DNA from: Candidatus Hydrogenedentota bacterium | GTDB taxonomy: Bacteria; Hydrogenedentota; Hydrogenedentia; Hydrogenedentales; SLHB01 | DNA length: 21,410 nt | Assembly (NCBI GenBank): GCA_045863335.1 | Contig: BTVY01000015.1 | Coordinates: 1-21,410 of the forward strand | Direction of reading: 5' to 3' | Part shown: piece after piece, positions 1 to 9,303 of the stretch | Numbering within the stretch: the stretch's first letter is position 1 | How the letters are laid out: every line of letters starts with the position of its first letter | Made by a program: the position numbers and the translations under genes | Notes under the pieces: generated by a model | Told to the model about the DNA's origin: nothing | Seen by the model: the letters and a program-made list of their open reading frames with translations, nothing else | Database searches by the model: none

Positions 1-109
1 GCTTGGGAAAGCTACCCGAGCCCGAATTGGTGCACAGATTCTTGTGAGGAGCCACGAAAATATTCTGAGGAGTTACGCGTGAGCAAAAAGAAACGACCCT
101 GAACTAGGC

Positions 110-1939
110 TCAGCGTACTGGCGTTTGGATGGCGTACTCCGCCAGTTTTCGATAGACGGTAGGCCGGCTTACGCCCAGCATCTTCGCCGCCAGCGTAATA
201 TTCCCGCCCGCTTTTTCGAGGACTTCGGCGATCCGCTTACGCTCCAGATCCGCCAAGGAAGGCTCGCCCGCCGCGGATGCCTCATGCGCCCGGCCCGTAG
301 GCAGCCGAAGATCCTCCGCCCGAATACAGGCATCGGTGGCCAGGAAACATGCCCGCTCAATGCAGTTCCGCAATTCGCGCACGTTCCCGGGCCAACGCCA
401 TCCCATCAGCGCTTTCACGGCATCGGGATGGAACGACCGGACCGTGGGCGACCGTTCTTCCTGCGTCAATCGCAGGAAGTGATCGGCGAGGATGGGGATG
501 TCGTTAGGCCGTTCCCGCAATGGAGGCAACTCCACGGTGAATCCGTTGATTCGGTGGTACAGGTCTGCGCGAAACTGCCCCGCACGGACGGAAGACGCGA
601 TGTCCTTGTTGGTGGCCGCTACGACGCGGACGTCGACCTGGACTTCGCGATTTCCCCCGACCCGGTAGAAGGTGCCGTTCTCAATGGCGCGTAGCAGACG
701 CGCCTGGTTCTCGAGACTGAGATCGCCGATCTCATCCAGAAACAACGTTCCGCCCTCCGCCTCTTCCATTCGCCCCAACTTGCGCGACATGGCCCCGGTG
801 AACGCACCTTTTTCGTACCCGAAGAACTCGCTCTCCATCAGGTCCGGCGGGACCGCGGCGCAATTCACCACGACGAACGCCCGCGCGCTGCGGTCCGAAT
901 GATCGTGAATCAACCGTGCGGCAAGCTCTTTTCCGGTTCCCGTTTCACCCAGAATGAGAACGGGCATGCCGGAACGCGCCGCTTCTCTGAGTTGCGCCTG
1001 TGCCTTGCGAATTTCGGGACTTTCGCCTACCAGCGTCGTCCTGTCCGCCGTTCCGGACCGCAAACGTTCGTTTTCACTGCGAAAGAACTCGATCTGCTCG
1101 ATCATGTGAAACAAAGGAGCCAATTGCGACGCGACGGCCCGGAGATACGACAATGCCTTGTCATCTCGTTGAAGTACATTGTGAAGGGTACACAACGCGA
1201 ATACCCCAACCCGCTCCTGTCCGGCCGTCATGGGGACCGCGAGCGCAGTGTAGGGCGAGAAGGGCCCTCTCAATCGAACCGTCAACACATGTTGATCGTG
1301 GAATGCGCGCTCGATCAATTCCTGGGGCGGAACTAACTCCAGGGGCGCATCGTCGGCATGACGCTCATAAACCGACAGTTTGCCCCCGCCGACAGACCGG
1401 CAGAAGCAAAGGCAACGACAGGGAATCCGCGGTTCCAATTCCCGCCGTACGATGTCAAGCAACTGAGCGATGGAGGACGCATTGCCTACATTTCGGCACA
1501 TGCGAAAAAGATCCACGTAATCCTCGATCGTGTCGAGCCCTTCCATCGGGGGATTTGCGTCAAGATAGTGTGGCGTATGAGGCACGTCGTCCTCCGGAGA
1601 TTGGATGGTATCCGGTTCCCCAGCCGTTGCCTCGTCCGCTGGAAGCGTGGCCTCGGCCAGGCTTACCACGAAAATGGTTTTCCCGACGGCAATCTCATCT
1701 CCCGCTTGAAGCTTCGCTTCCGTCACGGGCCGGCCATTCAATAACGTGCAGTTGCTGCTTCCTAAATCCTTGACGCACGGAACGCCCCCATCGAGGTGGA
1801 CGACACAGTGTTGCCGGGAAATCAGCGGATCGGGAATCGTCACGTCGCAACCAAACCCGCGACCAAACACGAGCGGCTGCTCCCCGATTCGCCACGATAT
1901 CCCACGAATCGTTCCCAATCGTGCTGTTACCCAGAACAC
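110..1939 (-). CDS. Sigma54-dependent transcriptional activator (bEBP) with N-terminal FHA and GAF-like domains, AAA+ core and Fis-type HTH
   Basis: FHA motifs [16 protein letters not shown] and DLGSSNCT; Walker A GETGTGKE; GAFTGA loop; Walker B LFLDEIG; WPGNVREL; C-terminal [21 protein letters not shown]. Start moved from ORF-track 2053 to GTG at 1939, which has GGGAGG 5 nt upstream. Confidence 0.9.
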   Translation of the reverse strand: MFWVTARLGTIRGISWRIGEQPLVFGRGFGCDVTIPDPLISRQHCVVHLDGGVPCVKDLGSSNCTLLNGRPVTEAKLQAGDEIAVGKTIFVVSLAEATLPADEATAGEPDTIQSPEDDVPHTPHYLDANPPMEGLDTIEDYVDLFRMCRNVGNASSIAQLLDIVRRELEPRIPCRCLCFCRSVGGGKLSVYERHADDAPLELVPPQELIERAFHDQHVLTVRLRGPFSPYTALAVPMTAGQERVGVFALCTLHNVLQRDDKALSYLRAVASQLAPLFHMIEQIEFFRSENERLRSGTADRTTLVGESPEIRKAQAQLREAARSGMPVLILGETGTGKELAARLIHDHSDRSARAFVVVNCAAVPPDLMESEFFGYEKGAFTGAMSRKLGRMEEAEGGTLFLDEIGDLSLENQARLLRAIENGTFYRVGGNREVQVDVRVVAATNKDIASSVRAGQFRADLYHRINGFTVELPPLRERPNDIPILADHFLRLTQEERSPTVRSFHPDAVKALMGWRWPGNVRELRNCIERACFLATDACIRAEDLRLPTGRAHEASAAGEPSLADLERKRIAEVLEKAGGNITLAAKMLGVSRPTVYRKLAEYAIQTPVR

Positions 1940-2056
1940 GCCGTCCTCCCGACTCCCAGATTGACCGCTCGCCACGCGACGCGGAACACGCCTCTCGACC
2001 GACTTATACCATACATGATACAGGTACTTAGCGGCTCCGTCCACCGCCTGCACAGT

Positions 2057-2086
2057 TTGACTTGCAATCCCGAATTTTGCTACCCT
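2057..2086 (+). promoter_or_regulatory. Putative sigma70 promoter for the yceD-rpmF-plsX-fabG operon
   Basis: TTGACT (2057-2062), 18-nt spacer, TGc-TACCCT extended -10 (2081-2086); GGAGG RBS at 2106-2110. Confidence 0.45.
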
Positions 2087-2120
2087 ACTCGCTAACCCTT
2101 CAGGCGGAGGTTGTCCGGTC

Positions 2121-2705
2121 GTGAACGTATTTCAGATTCCGCTGCCCGCCGTGACGGACGAGGGACTGGCGATTGACGCGGAGTCACCCGGCGCTGACTT
2201 ACGCCCGGAAGGCGCCGCCGAATTGCTGCTGGGACCCGTTCACCTGAAGGGTACGCTCTCCAACGATGGCGATGAGTTCATTTTCAACGGCCATCTGGAG
2301 ACAACGTATTTGGGGCAATGCGACCGATGCCTGGGCCCGGCCGAAACGCCGTTTCGTACGGACGTCCTCTGGGTCTTCGTGCGAGGTACTTCGCCGCAAC
2401 CTTCTGAAGTGTTTGAGGATGATGAAGAGGACGCCACGCTTGATGACGGCGTCATTCGGGCCTTTTTTGAGGACAACATCCTGGACTTGCGCGGAGCCGC
2501 GTGGGAAGAGATCGTTCTGGGCACGCCGCTCAAGCAGTTGTGTTCGGAATCGTGCGCGGGCTTGTGCCCCGTTTGCGGAACGAATTTGAATGAATCCTCG
2601 TGTGATTGCCGTACGGCAGAGGATTCGGAAACGTTGGAAAACAAGGGGCTCAAGGGTCTGAAAGACCTCTACCCCGATATGAACCCCGATCGTTTGGAGG
2701 ACTAA
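2121..2705 (+). CDS. yceD: YceD/DUF177 family protein (23S rRNA accumulation factor)
   Basis: CDRCL and LCSESCAGLCPVCGTNLN motifs; canonical position directly before rpmF and plsX. Confidence 0.9.
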   Translation: MNVFQIPLPAVTDEGLAIDAESPGADLRPEGAAELLLGPVHLKGTLSNDGDEFIFNGHLETTYLGQCDRCLGPAETPFRTDVLWVFVRGTSPQPSEVFEDDEEDATLDDGVIRAFFEDNILDLRGAAWEEIVLGTPLKQLCSESCAGLCPVCGTNLNESSCDCRTAEDSETLENKGLKGLKDLYPDMNPDRLED

Positions 2706-2707
2706 CC

Positions 2708-2890
2708 GTGCCGGTACCAAAGAGAAGAACCGGAAAGACCCGTAAGAACACGCGTCGTTCCCACCATGCGTTGAGCAAGCGCGTTTTCTCGGAATGCCCC
2801 AGTTGCGGCGAACGAATTATGCCGCACCGGGTATGCCCGAAATGCGGGCACTATAAGGACCGCCTCGTCGTCAACGTTGAAGGCAGCTAA
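2708..2890 (+). CDS. rpmF: 50S ribosomal protein L32 (Zn-ribbon type), 60 aa
   Basis: MPVPKRRTGKTRKNTRRSHHAL...CPSCGE..MPHRVCPKCGHY; GTG start at 2708 with GGAGG at 2696-2700. Confidence 0.97.
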   Translation: MPVPKRRTGKTRKNTRRSHHALSKRVFSECPSCGERIMPHRVCPKCGHYKDRLVVNVEGS

Positions 2891-2915
2891 ACCCCTGGGT
2901 TGGCGGGAGCCTGCC

Positions 2916-3971
2916 ATGCGAATCGCAATCGATGCCATGGGATCGGATGCAGCGCCGGATCCGGAAATTGAAGGCGCCCTGTCCGCGAGCATATCCAACG
3001 ACGTGGAGTTGATCCTGGTCGGTGACGAACCGCGCCTAAAAGCCGCTCTCGGAAACCGCGCAAAATCGCGCCGAATCTCCATCGTGCCGGCGGCGGAAGT
3101 CATCACCATGGATGAGACGCCCATGTTGGCGGTGCGCAAGAAGAAGGACGCGTCCCTCCTTGTCGCCATGCGCCTCGTCAAGCAGGGTGTGGCCGATGCC
3201 TTCTTGAGTGCTGGCAACACCGGCGCCGTAATGCTCGCGGCAAGGACGATCCTGCGCCCCATCAACGGCGTCGCCCGGTCCGCAATCTGTCAGCTCTTGC
3301 CCACAATGAAAGGCACCTGCCTCGTGCTCGACTTGGGCGCGAACGTGGACTGCAGCGCCCGTCATCTGTGCGACTTCGCCGAGATGGGTGTCGTGTATTC
3401 CCGCGAAGTGCTGGGCAAGAGCAATCCGCGCGTGGGCCTGCTCAATATCGGCGAGGAACAGGCCAAAGGAAACGACCTTGCCAAAACGGTGAACCGGAAC
3501 CTCAGCGCCGCCCCCCACGTGAATTTCGTCGGCAATGTGGAGCCTAAAGGCATGTACGCCGGGCTCGCCGACGTCGTCGTATGCGACGGATTCGTGGGCA
3601 ACGTGGTTCTGAAAACCAGTGAAGGCGCCGGGGCATTGATTCGCAGCCTGCTGGCGAAAGAGCTGCGTTCCAGTTGGGTCAGCATGCTCGGCGCGTTGCT
3701 AAGCCGGGGTGCCTACAAACGCCTCAAGCGAACCGTCGACCCAAATGAATATGGCGGTGCGCCGCTATTGGGCGTGAACGGAGTGGTCATCATCATGCAT
3801 GGCGCCTGTTCCGGGCAGGGCGTCGCCCATGCCATTGAACTGGCCTGCACCGCGGTAAAGCACGAGATCAATACACACATCGAGGAAGGCATCGCTGAAT
3901 TGAGGGCGACAGTGGCCAATCTCGATTCCAATGGCACATCTGCCCGGCACGAAGTGAGCGCCCGCAAGTAA
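2916..3971 (+). CDS. plsX: Phosphate acyltransferase PlsX
   Basis: MRIAIDAMGSD, SAGNTGA, LDLGANVD, GLLNIGEE..KG, DVVVCDGFVGNVVLKTSEG, YGGAPLLGV; ATG at 2916 after GGGAG. Confidence 0.96.
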   Translation: MRIAIDAMGSDAAPDPEIEGALSASISNDVELILVGDEPRLKAALGNRAKSRRISIVPAAEVITMDETPMLAVRKKKDASLLVAMRLVKQGVADAFLSAGNTGAVMLAARTILRPINGVARSAICQLLPTMKGTCLVLDLGANVDCSARHLCDFAEMGVVYSREVLGKSNPRVGLLNIGEEQAKGNDLAKTVNRNLSAAPHVNFVGNVEPKGMYAGLADVVVCDGFVGNVVLKTSEGAGALIRSLLAKELRSSWVSMLGALLSRGAYKRLKRTVDPNEYGGAPLLGVNGVVIIMHGACSGQGVAHAIELACTAVKHEINTHIEEGIAELRATVANLDSNGTSARHEVSARK

Positions 3972-4037
3972 ACGGGCATTAATGCTGCACGGGGTTCTGG
4001 TCGGGCGCAATCCAACGCGAATGGAAGGGGCATCACG

Positions 4038-4784
4038 TTGACCGAGTTCAAGGATCGGACAGTTCTAATCACGGGCGGTACCCGGGGTATCGGGCGCGCC
4101 TGCGCCGCATTGTTCGCCCGCGAAGGCGCGAACGTCGCCATGTGCGGCCGATCGGCCGCGAGCGCCGAGCACGCAGCCGCGGAAATCAGCGCGGAAACCG
4201 GCGGAACGGTTGCCGGATACGAAGCGGACATCGGCAATAGCGATGCCGTGGACGCAATGGTGAAGCAGGTTTCCGAGCGCTTCGGTCCGGTTTATATTCT
4301 CGTAAACAACGCGGGCATCACCCGCGACAACCTGCTCATGCGCATGAAACCGGCCGACTGGTCCACGGTGATTGAAACGAACCTGACCGGCGCGTTCAAT
4401 TGCTGCCGCGCCGTGGCGCGAGACATGGTGAAACAACGCCAAGGGCGCATCATCAACATCTCGTCCATCATCGGCATTCGCGGGCAAGGCGGTCAAACGA
4501 ACTACGCTGCCGCAAAGGCCGGTCTTATCGGATTCAGCAAATCGCTCGCGCAAGAACTCGCGTCACGCAATATCACGGTGAACGTAGTCGCGCCGGGATA
4601 TATCGAAACCGACATGACCGCCGTGCTCGGTGACGACGTGAAAACGATGCTGCTGGACAAGATTCCGCTGCGGCGTCAAGGCACCGGTGAAGATATTGCC
4701 GCCGCCGTGCGGTACTTTGCGAGCGACGGCGCATCGTATGTAACGGGAGCGGTCCTTCAGGTGGACGGCGGTCTGGCGATGTAG
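4038..4784 (+). CDS. fabG: 3-oxoacyl-ACP reductase FabG
   Basis: TGGTRGIG, LVNNAGITRDNLLMRM, YAAAK catalytic motif, VAPGYIETDMT, VDGGLAM; follows plsX; TTG start after GGAAGGGG. Confidence 0.93.
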   Translation: MTEFKDRTVLITGGTRGIGRACAALFAREGANVAMCGRSAASAEHAAAEISAETGGTVAGYEADIGNSDAVDAMVKQVSERFGPVYILVNNAGITRDNLLMRMKPADWSTVIETNLTGAFNCCRAVARDMVKQRQGRIINISSIIGIRGQGGQTNYAAAKAGLIGFSKSLAQELASRNITVNVVAPGYIETDMTAVLGDDVKTMLLDKIPLRRQGTGEDIAAAVRYFASDGASYVTGAVLQVDGGLAM

Positions 4785-4806
4785 TTGCCCGCGCTGTGGC
4801 GCACGA

Positions 4807-6729
4807 TTATAGCGTCTCGGTCGAAATCGCGTAGATATGTACGTCGTGGTACGCGTCGTGGGCAAATAAGGCTTCCCGCAGGGTCCCTTCGCGCGCAAAT
4901 CCAACGGCTTCGAGAAACGCCTGAAGCTCTTCCTCGTAGGATGCCGCTGGCACCGTCAACCTCCGGATCGACTGCTGGCCGCCGGCTTCCTTCAGAATCG
5001 TCCGGAATCCTTTCCGCACGTCGTCCGCCGCGTAGTCGTTGGGCGCGTGCATATACACCCACGCCAGCGCCGTGCCTGGTTCGCGCTCCGGGCGAAGCTT
5101 GATAAGCCCGAAGGGCTCCCCGCCTCGCTTTACCAGAATCATCTCCTGGTCAACCCCGCTCGGATGCAACGCGTCCATTTCGCGATCGTACTTGGTGGTG
5201 ATGAGGACGCCCTTTTCGTTGAACAGGAAATAGGACGCGATGTTCCAATTCTCCCAGTTCATCAGCATTTCCGCGTCAGGTTCTTCGATGGGTTTCACGC
5301 CGACCGTCATGCGAAAGGCCGCGCGCACCATTGTGAACAACGACGGCTTGGCGGTGCGCGATAACGTGTTGTATACGCGCGTGAAGTTCACGCCCTCGGA
5401 CGACAAGACGTTAAACGCGGACACGGCCGACGCCATCCACGCGCGTTGCGCCTCGCACCACGGTTCGTGTGGGGTTCGGTGAGAACCGCTCAGCGCGTGG
5501 TGCACGGCCGTGTTACCGCCGCCGCAAAGATTCCGCGCCCAACACCTCCGGCAAACCCCGGTCGTGGTCGCGCCCACCTCATCAAAACGCGCGCGGGCTT
5601 GCTCGTCAATCACGCCGTCTTCGAGCGATCCCAGCCGGTAGGCATTGATGCCCAAGAAGCGAAAGCTTGGATAAATCCCGCCGTCAGTATCCACGGCCAG
5701 CTCGTTCGTGCCGGAGGGGTCGATTCGGCGGATCGGCGAACCGTCGTAGATCCGGTAAAACAACGGAGCGATTGGATCCAACCGGAAGTATCGTTGCTGA
5801 AGCAGCCGGTTCGCGTAATAGACCGCCGTTTCGCGCAACGCGCCCAGCATGGCCTTGGGATCCAAATCGGGATTCGCAATGTAGGCGCCGTCCAGGTCCA
5901 GTTCGATTGTCGCAAACCCGGCCTTGTCCAACTCGCGCACAACTTCGCCAAACTCGGGATGATTGGGGCGTACAATAATGCGGCCCGTGACTCCGGCCGA
6001 GTCGGGATGAAGAATCTTCGCCAGTTTCGCGAGAGACTCATCGCCCGCCTTGGCCAGCAAGCGGAGATTCGGCAGAATGGCCGAACCTTCCGCGAAATCG
6101 AGTTGCAGGTGAATCGTGTGCCCGTCGAACGCCGCGGGAAGTTTCGATGTTCTGACGTCTAAAACGCGAACTGCCGCCGTCGTCTTTTTTCCCGCCATAC
6201 GGCCGCACTTCACGGCATGCGCGCACAAATCGGCGATCAATTCGGGATTGTGAATGATCTCCTCTTCAAGAAATTCGATGACGATCTCTTTCTGATCCCC
6301 CGCCCGCCCGAAGAGTAAGGAAATGGCATCGCGGCCCGCGTCCCGCGCGTTCGTGGATAGCACCGTCGCCCCTTGACCGAACCAGCCTTTCTTCTTCGAT
6401 ACCGCTTCTTCAGTGTCACGCGGCAACCGCACGGAGATCCGCTTCAACCCGCGCTCTTGCTGGATCTCCTTCTGCAGCTCTTCTTTCTTGCGCGGCGGTA
6501 GAATCGCCCGCGTGGCGCGCAGCCATTCGAGTTCGCCGATGACTTCCTCGAGCTCCTTCACATCGTGCTTGTCGCCGAGCACATGGTAGATGCGATTCAC
6601 CGAGGCATAGGGATAGTGCTCGAGCACATCCCAGGAGATCTCGTCGCACTCGAAGCAAAAGCACGTTTCGGGATCGATGGCGAACCGCCGGTCGTTCTCC
6701 ACAAAACGGTGTAGGGTTTCCTGCGTCAT
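4807..6729 (-). CDS. Degenerate CteB-like RRE / radical-SAM / SPASM protein lacking CxxxCxxC, fused to a C-terminal RimL-type GNAT domain
   Basis: N-terminal about 80 aa resembles an RRE/PqqD-like winged helix (LHRF....RFAID...DEISWDVL...ELEEVIGELEWL). The core follows the SCIFF-maturase pattern without its Cys triad. SPASM segment: ELAVDTDGGIYPS..F.G..YRLGSL.DG and CRRCWARNLCGGG...WC. C-terminal GNAT: FLEAVGFAREGTLREALF...YHDVHIYAI. ATG at 6729 overlaps the permease stop (TGATG). Confidence 0.8.
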   Translation of the reverse strand: MTQETLHRFVENDRRFAIDPETCFCFECDEISWDVLEHYPYASVNRIYHVLGDKHDVKELEEVIGELEWLRATRAILPPRKKEELQKEIQQERGLKRISVRLPRDTEEAVSKKKGWFGQGATVLSTNARDAGRDAISLLFGRAGDQKEIVIEFLEEEIIHNPELIADLCAHAVKCGRMAGKKTTAAVRVLDVRTSKLPAAFDGHTIHLQLDFAEGSAILPNLRLLAKAGDESLAKLAKILHPDSAGVTGRIIVRPNHPEFGEVVRELDKAGFATIELDLDGAYIANPDLDPKAMLGALRETAVYYANRLLQQRYFRLDPIAPLFYRIYDGSPIRRIDPSGTNELAVDTDGGIYPSFRFLGINAYRLGSLEDGVIDEQARARFDEVGATTTGVCRRCWARNLCGGGNTAVHHALSGSHRTPHEPWCEAQRAWMASAVSAFNVLSSEGVNFTRVYNTLSRTAKPSLFTMVRAAFRMTVGVKPIEEPDAEMLMNWENWNIASYFLFNEKGVLITTKYDREMDALHPSGVDQEMILVKRGGEPFGLIKLRPEREPGTALAWVYMHAPNDYAADDVRKGFRTILKEAGGQQSIRRLTVPAASYEEELQAFLEAVGFAREGTLREALFAHDAYHDVHIYAISTETL

Positions 6730-7526
6730 CAATAGGCCCCCAGGGTTCCCTTGTCGCGGCTCCAGTTCTCCATGTATTTGAAACAGGCGATACCCAAGGT
6801 GGTCCAGAGCGCAACGTTAATCAAAAGAAACGCGAACGAAGGATGTACGAAGACCTTCATGCCGATCCCCTGAATTAGCACGAGCTTCAGGCAGATGGAT
6901 GCGTCCGTAATCGGAATGAAATGGGCAAAGCCCATAATGATGGCGGGCAGGTCGTACCAGTCCGGCTTTGCGGCAAAAGCGAGCGCAATCATCCCCATAC
7001 GAACGAGCAGCGTGGCCTGACCGATCTGCTTGAAGACCAGCGTCAGCCCTCCAACCATGAATCCAAATCCGATCAGGTTTAGATACGTCAGCAACAGCAG
7101 CACGAAGGTCGGGAACGGGTCCGCGTGAAGATCGCTGTTCAGCGTCACCGAAACGAACACAAGCATAACCGTCCAGGTCAGAATGCTCACGACGGAGTTG
7201 ACGAAGGATCGCGCAAGGAAGTTGGTAATCAAGCCGTGGGGACTCATGTAAACCTGTTCCAATTCGCCCGTGCGCGCCATGCCCTGCAAACCCTGGCTGA
7301 ACATGCCGACGATGCCAAAGGCAAAAATGCCGACAACGAAACCGAGCGCGTTCTCCGTCTGGTCCGTCGCCCATTCTGTATTCACCGTACCGGACCGAAA
7401 TCCAAAGATGAGCCCGATGAGCATCCCGTAACCCACGATCATGCCCATGAGCGTGGCGAACCAATAACGCCGCATAACGATGAACGCACGGACCAGTTCC
7501 GCCTTCATGACGAGGAAAAAGCCCAC
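6729..7526 (-). CDS. ABC-2 type exporter permease, 265 aa
   Basis: About six hydrophobic segments and an ARTGELEQVYMSP motif typical of ABC-2 permeases; GTG at 7526 preceded by AAGGAAGGA, 2 nt after the ATPase stop. The ORF-track extension to 7895 overlaps the ATPase and is rejected. Confidence 0.85.
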   Translation of the reverse strand: MGFFLVMKAELVRAFIVMRRYWFATLMGMIVGYGMLIGLIFGFRSGTVNTEWATDQTENALGFVVGIFAFGIVGMFSQGLQGMARTGELEQVYMSPHGLITNFLARSFVNSVVSILTWTVMLVFVSVTLNSDLHADPFPTFVLLLLTYLNLIGFGFMVGGLTLVFKQIGQATLLVRMGMIALAFAAKPDWYDLPAIIMGFAHFIPITDASICLKLVLIQGIGMKVFVHPSFAFLLINVALWTTLGIACFKYMENWSRDKGTLGAY

Positions 7527-7528
7527 GG

Positions 7529-8569
7529 TCAATTCCTTCCTTTCGGCGCGTCGGCCTGGGATTCCGTCAACTGCAGGAAGACGCCTTCCAGATTCTGCTG
7601 CCGTTGCGTTACGGTACGGAGCAACAGCCCCTGTGATTGCAGCTGGCCCAGCGTATTGTAAAGCGCGTTGGAACGCTCCGCCTCGTCCGCGGACGTACGC
7701 AAAATGAATCCCGGACCGCCGTCGGAGTTGATAGACTCGACACCCATCACGCCGGGTAAGGCCTGGATGGTCTCGAGGTTGGGCGCGCGATCCAGGCGAA
7801 ATTCGAATCGTTGGTCCGCGAACACGCCGAGCAGTTCCTCCGTCGGCTTGCACGCGACGAGGGCGCCGTCCTTGATGATGCCGATGCGGTCGCACAATTC
7901 CTGCGCGGTACCCATATCATGCGTGGTTACCAAGACGCATTTGCCCTGTTCACGCGTCATCTCAATGACCTTGTCTTTGATGGCGCGGCTGCTTTGCACG
8001 TCTAATCCAGTCGTCGGTTCGTCAAGCAGCAGCACGGGCGGATCGGTGATGAGCGCGATACAAATCGCCAGTTTCTGCTTCTGTCCGCGCGAGAGGCGCC
8101 GCACTTGAATGTCTTTCTTGTCGGTGAGCCCGATAAAGTCCAGCAACCGGTGTGAACGTTCGCGCAAGACCTTGCCTTTCACGTCGCGCAGGTTGCCGAA
8201 GTACGCGAGATTCTCGAGCGGCGTCAGCGGCCAGATGCAGGTACGGGTACCCTCAAGAACAACTCCGATGCGCCGCAACACCTGCAGCCGTTTCTTCTCC
8301 ACGGGAAGGTCGTCGACGAACACCTCGCCGCTGCATGGCTTGACCAACCCGGAGATCATCTTGACCGTCGTCGTCTTGCCCGCGCCGTTGCGACCCAGGA
8401 GTCCGAAGATCTCCCCCGAGCGAATCCCAAACGAAACCCGGTCGACGGCGTGAACGGTCTTCTTCCGGTAGATCGGCCGCCGGCCGGTCTCTTCGTTTTT
8501 GGAGAAGAAGTGGCGGGTGTAGAACGTCTTGTCGACGTCGCGCAATTCTACGAGATACGGACTGCTCAT
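7529..8569 (-). CDS. ABC exporter ATP-binding protein (ABC-2/DrrA-like)
   Basis: Walker A GRNGAGKTT, signature LSRGQKQK, Walker B LLLDEPTTGLD, H-loop TTHD, C-terminal LEGVFLQLT. Confidence 0.95.
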   Translation of the reverse strand: MSSPYLVELRDVDKTFYTRHFFSKNEETGRRPIYRKKTVHAVDRVSFGIRSGEIFGLLGRNGAGKTTTVKMISGLVKPCSGEVFVDDLPVEKKRLQVLRRIGVVLEGTRTCIWPLTPLENLAYFGNLRDVKGKVLRERSHRLLDFIGLTDKKDIQVRRLSRGQKQKLAICIALITDPPVLLLDEPTTGLDVQSSRAIKDKVIEMTREQGKCVLVTTHDMGTAQELCDRIGIIKDGALVACKPTEELLGVFADQRFEFRLDRAPNLETIQALPGVMGVESINSDGGPGFILRTSADEAERSNALYNTLGQLQSQGLLLRTVTQRQQNLEGVFLQLTESQADAPKGRN

Positions 8570-9303
8570 AGGTTCCCCGGTCGCCCCGGCATGTAGGCCT
8601 GTTCGATCGCCTTGGCCGCTTGTTCCTCGTCGCCGAGTTCCTCGATCTTGATGAGGTACTCCAGGTAGGCAATCTCAATATCCCGGAGCGCATGGATAAC
8701 CATCACCAGGATAAAACTCCCCGTAAAGTGATAGAGGATGCCGAGTAGCAAGGCGAAAACAATGAACTCCAGCGAAATGTGCCAGGTGTTCTCAAAGAAA
8801 TGCTTATGCACCACAACAAACGCGGCGGCCACGACCACAACCCCTACTCCGGCCGCAGCCGGAGCTGGCATCCACGCAGCCAGAAAAGCAATCAGGATCG
8901 TCTGCGCGGCGACACGCCATATCAGTTCCTCCGCGACCGCCACGCCAAGAAAGCGGGTCAGCACCACAGGGCTGTCCATCGTAAAATTCCAGATAGGGCC
9001 GAAGTCGAAGAAATGACTCCACGCATCGCGCCAGGAAAGATGGGTGGCCAGCAGGGACAAACCGAAAATAAGGTGCCCGGCGACCAGGCCAATGGCAATG
9101 TATACCGGCGAGACGAGCTGGCGAGAAAAGACCCCCTGGTCCCAACCGATGTACGCGGCCAACCAGAACAAGGGACCCTGCATCAACACGTGTATCATGC
9201 GCGTGCGGCCCCGTGGCTGTCCTTCCGTTTCCATGGGATTTGTGGCAAGCGAAAATCCAACATGCGCCAGGAGGACGACCATGAAAAGCGATTCGAGTAT
9301 CAC
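8566..9303 (-). CDS. CPBP family (Abi / type II CAAX) intramembrane metalloprotease
   Basis: Multi-TM protein with EELIWR (EExxxR), FVVVH (FxxxH) and HALRD (HxxxN/D); overlaps both neighbours by 4 nt. Confidence 0.85.
   Translation of the reverse strand: MILESLFMVVLLAHVGFSLATNPMETEGQPRGRTRMIHVLMQGPLFWLAAYIGWDQGVFSRQLVSPVYIAIGLVAGHLIFGLSLLATHLSWRDAWSHFFDFGPIWNFTMDSPVVLTRFLGVAVAEELIWRVAAQTILIAFLAAWMPAPAAAGVGVVVVAAAFVVVHKHFFENTWHISLEFIVFALLLGILYHFTGSFILVMVIHALRDIEIAYLEYLIKIEELGDEEQAAKAIEQAYMPGRPGNL

Noticed and set aside
6646-6663. CFCFEC near the N-terminus of the fusion protein as a relocated radical-SAM motif
   Set aside because: The spacing is CxCxxC, not CxxxCxxC, and it lies in the predicted RRE beta-strands. 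An auxiliary metal site cannot be excluded without an ortholog alignment.
7527-7895. N-terminal extension of the permease ORF (the same applies to extensions 9933-10106, 18049-18150, 2606-2707 and 1940-2053)
   Set aside because: These overlap neighbouring genes or lack an RBS; RBS-supported starts lie downstream.
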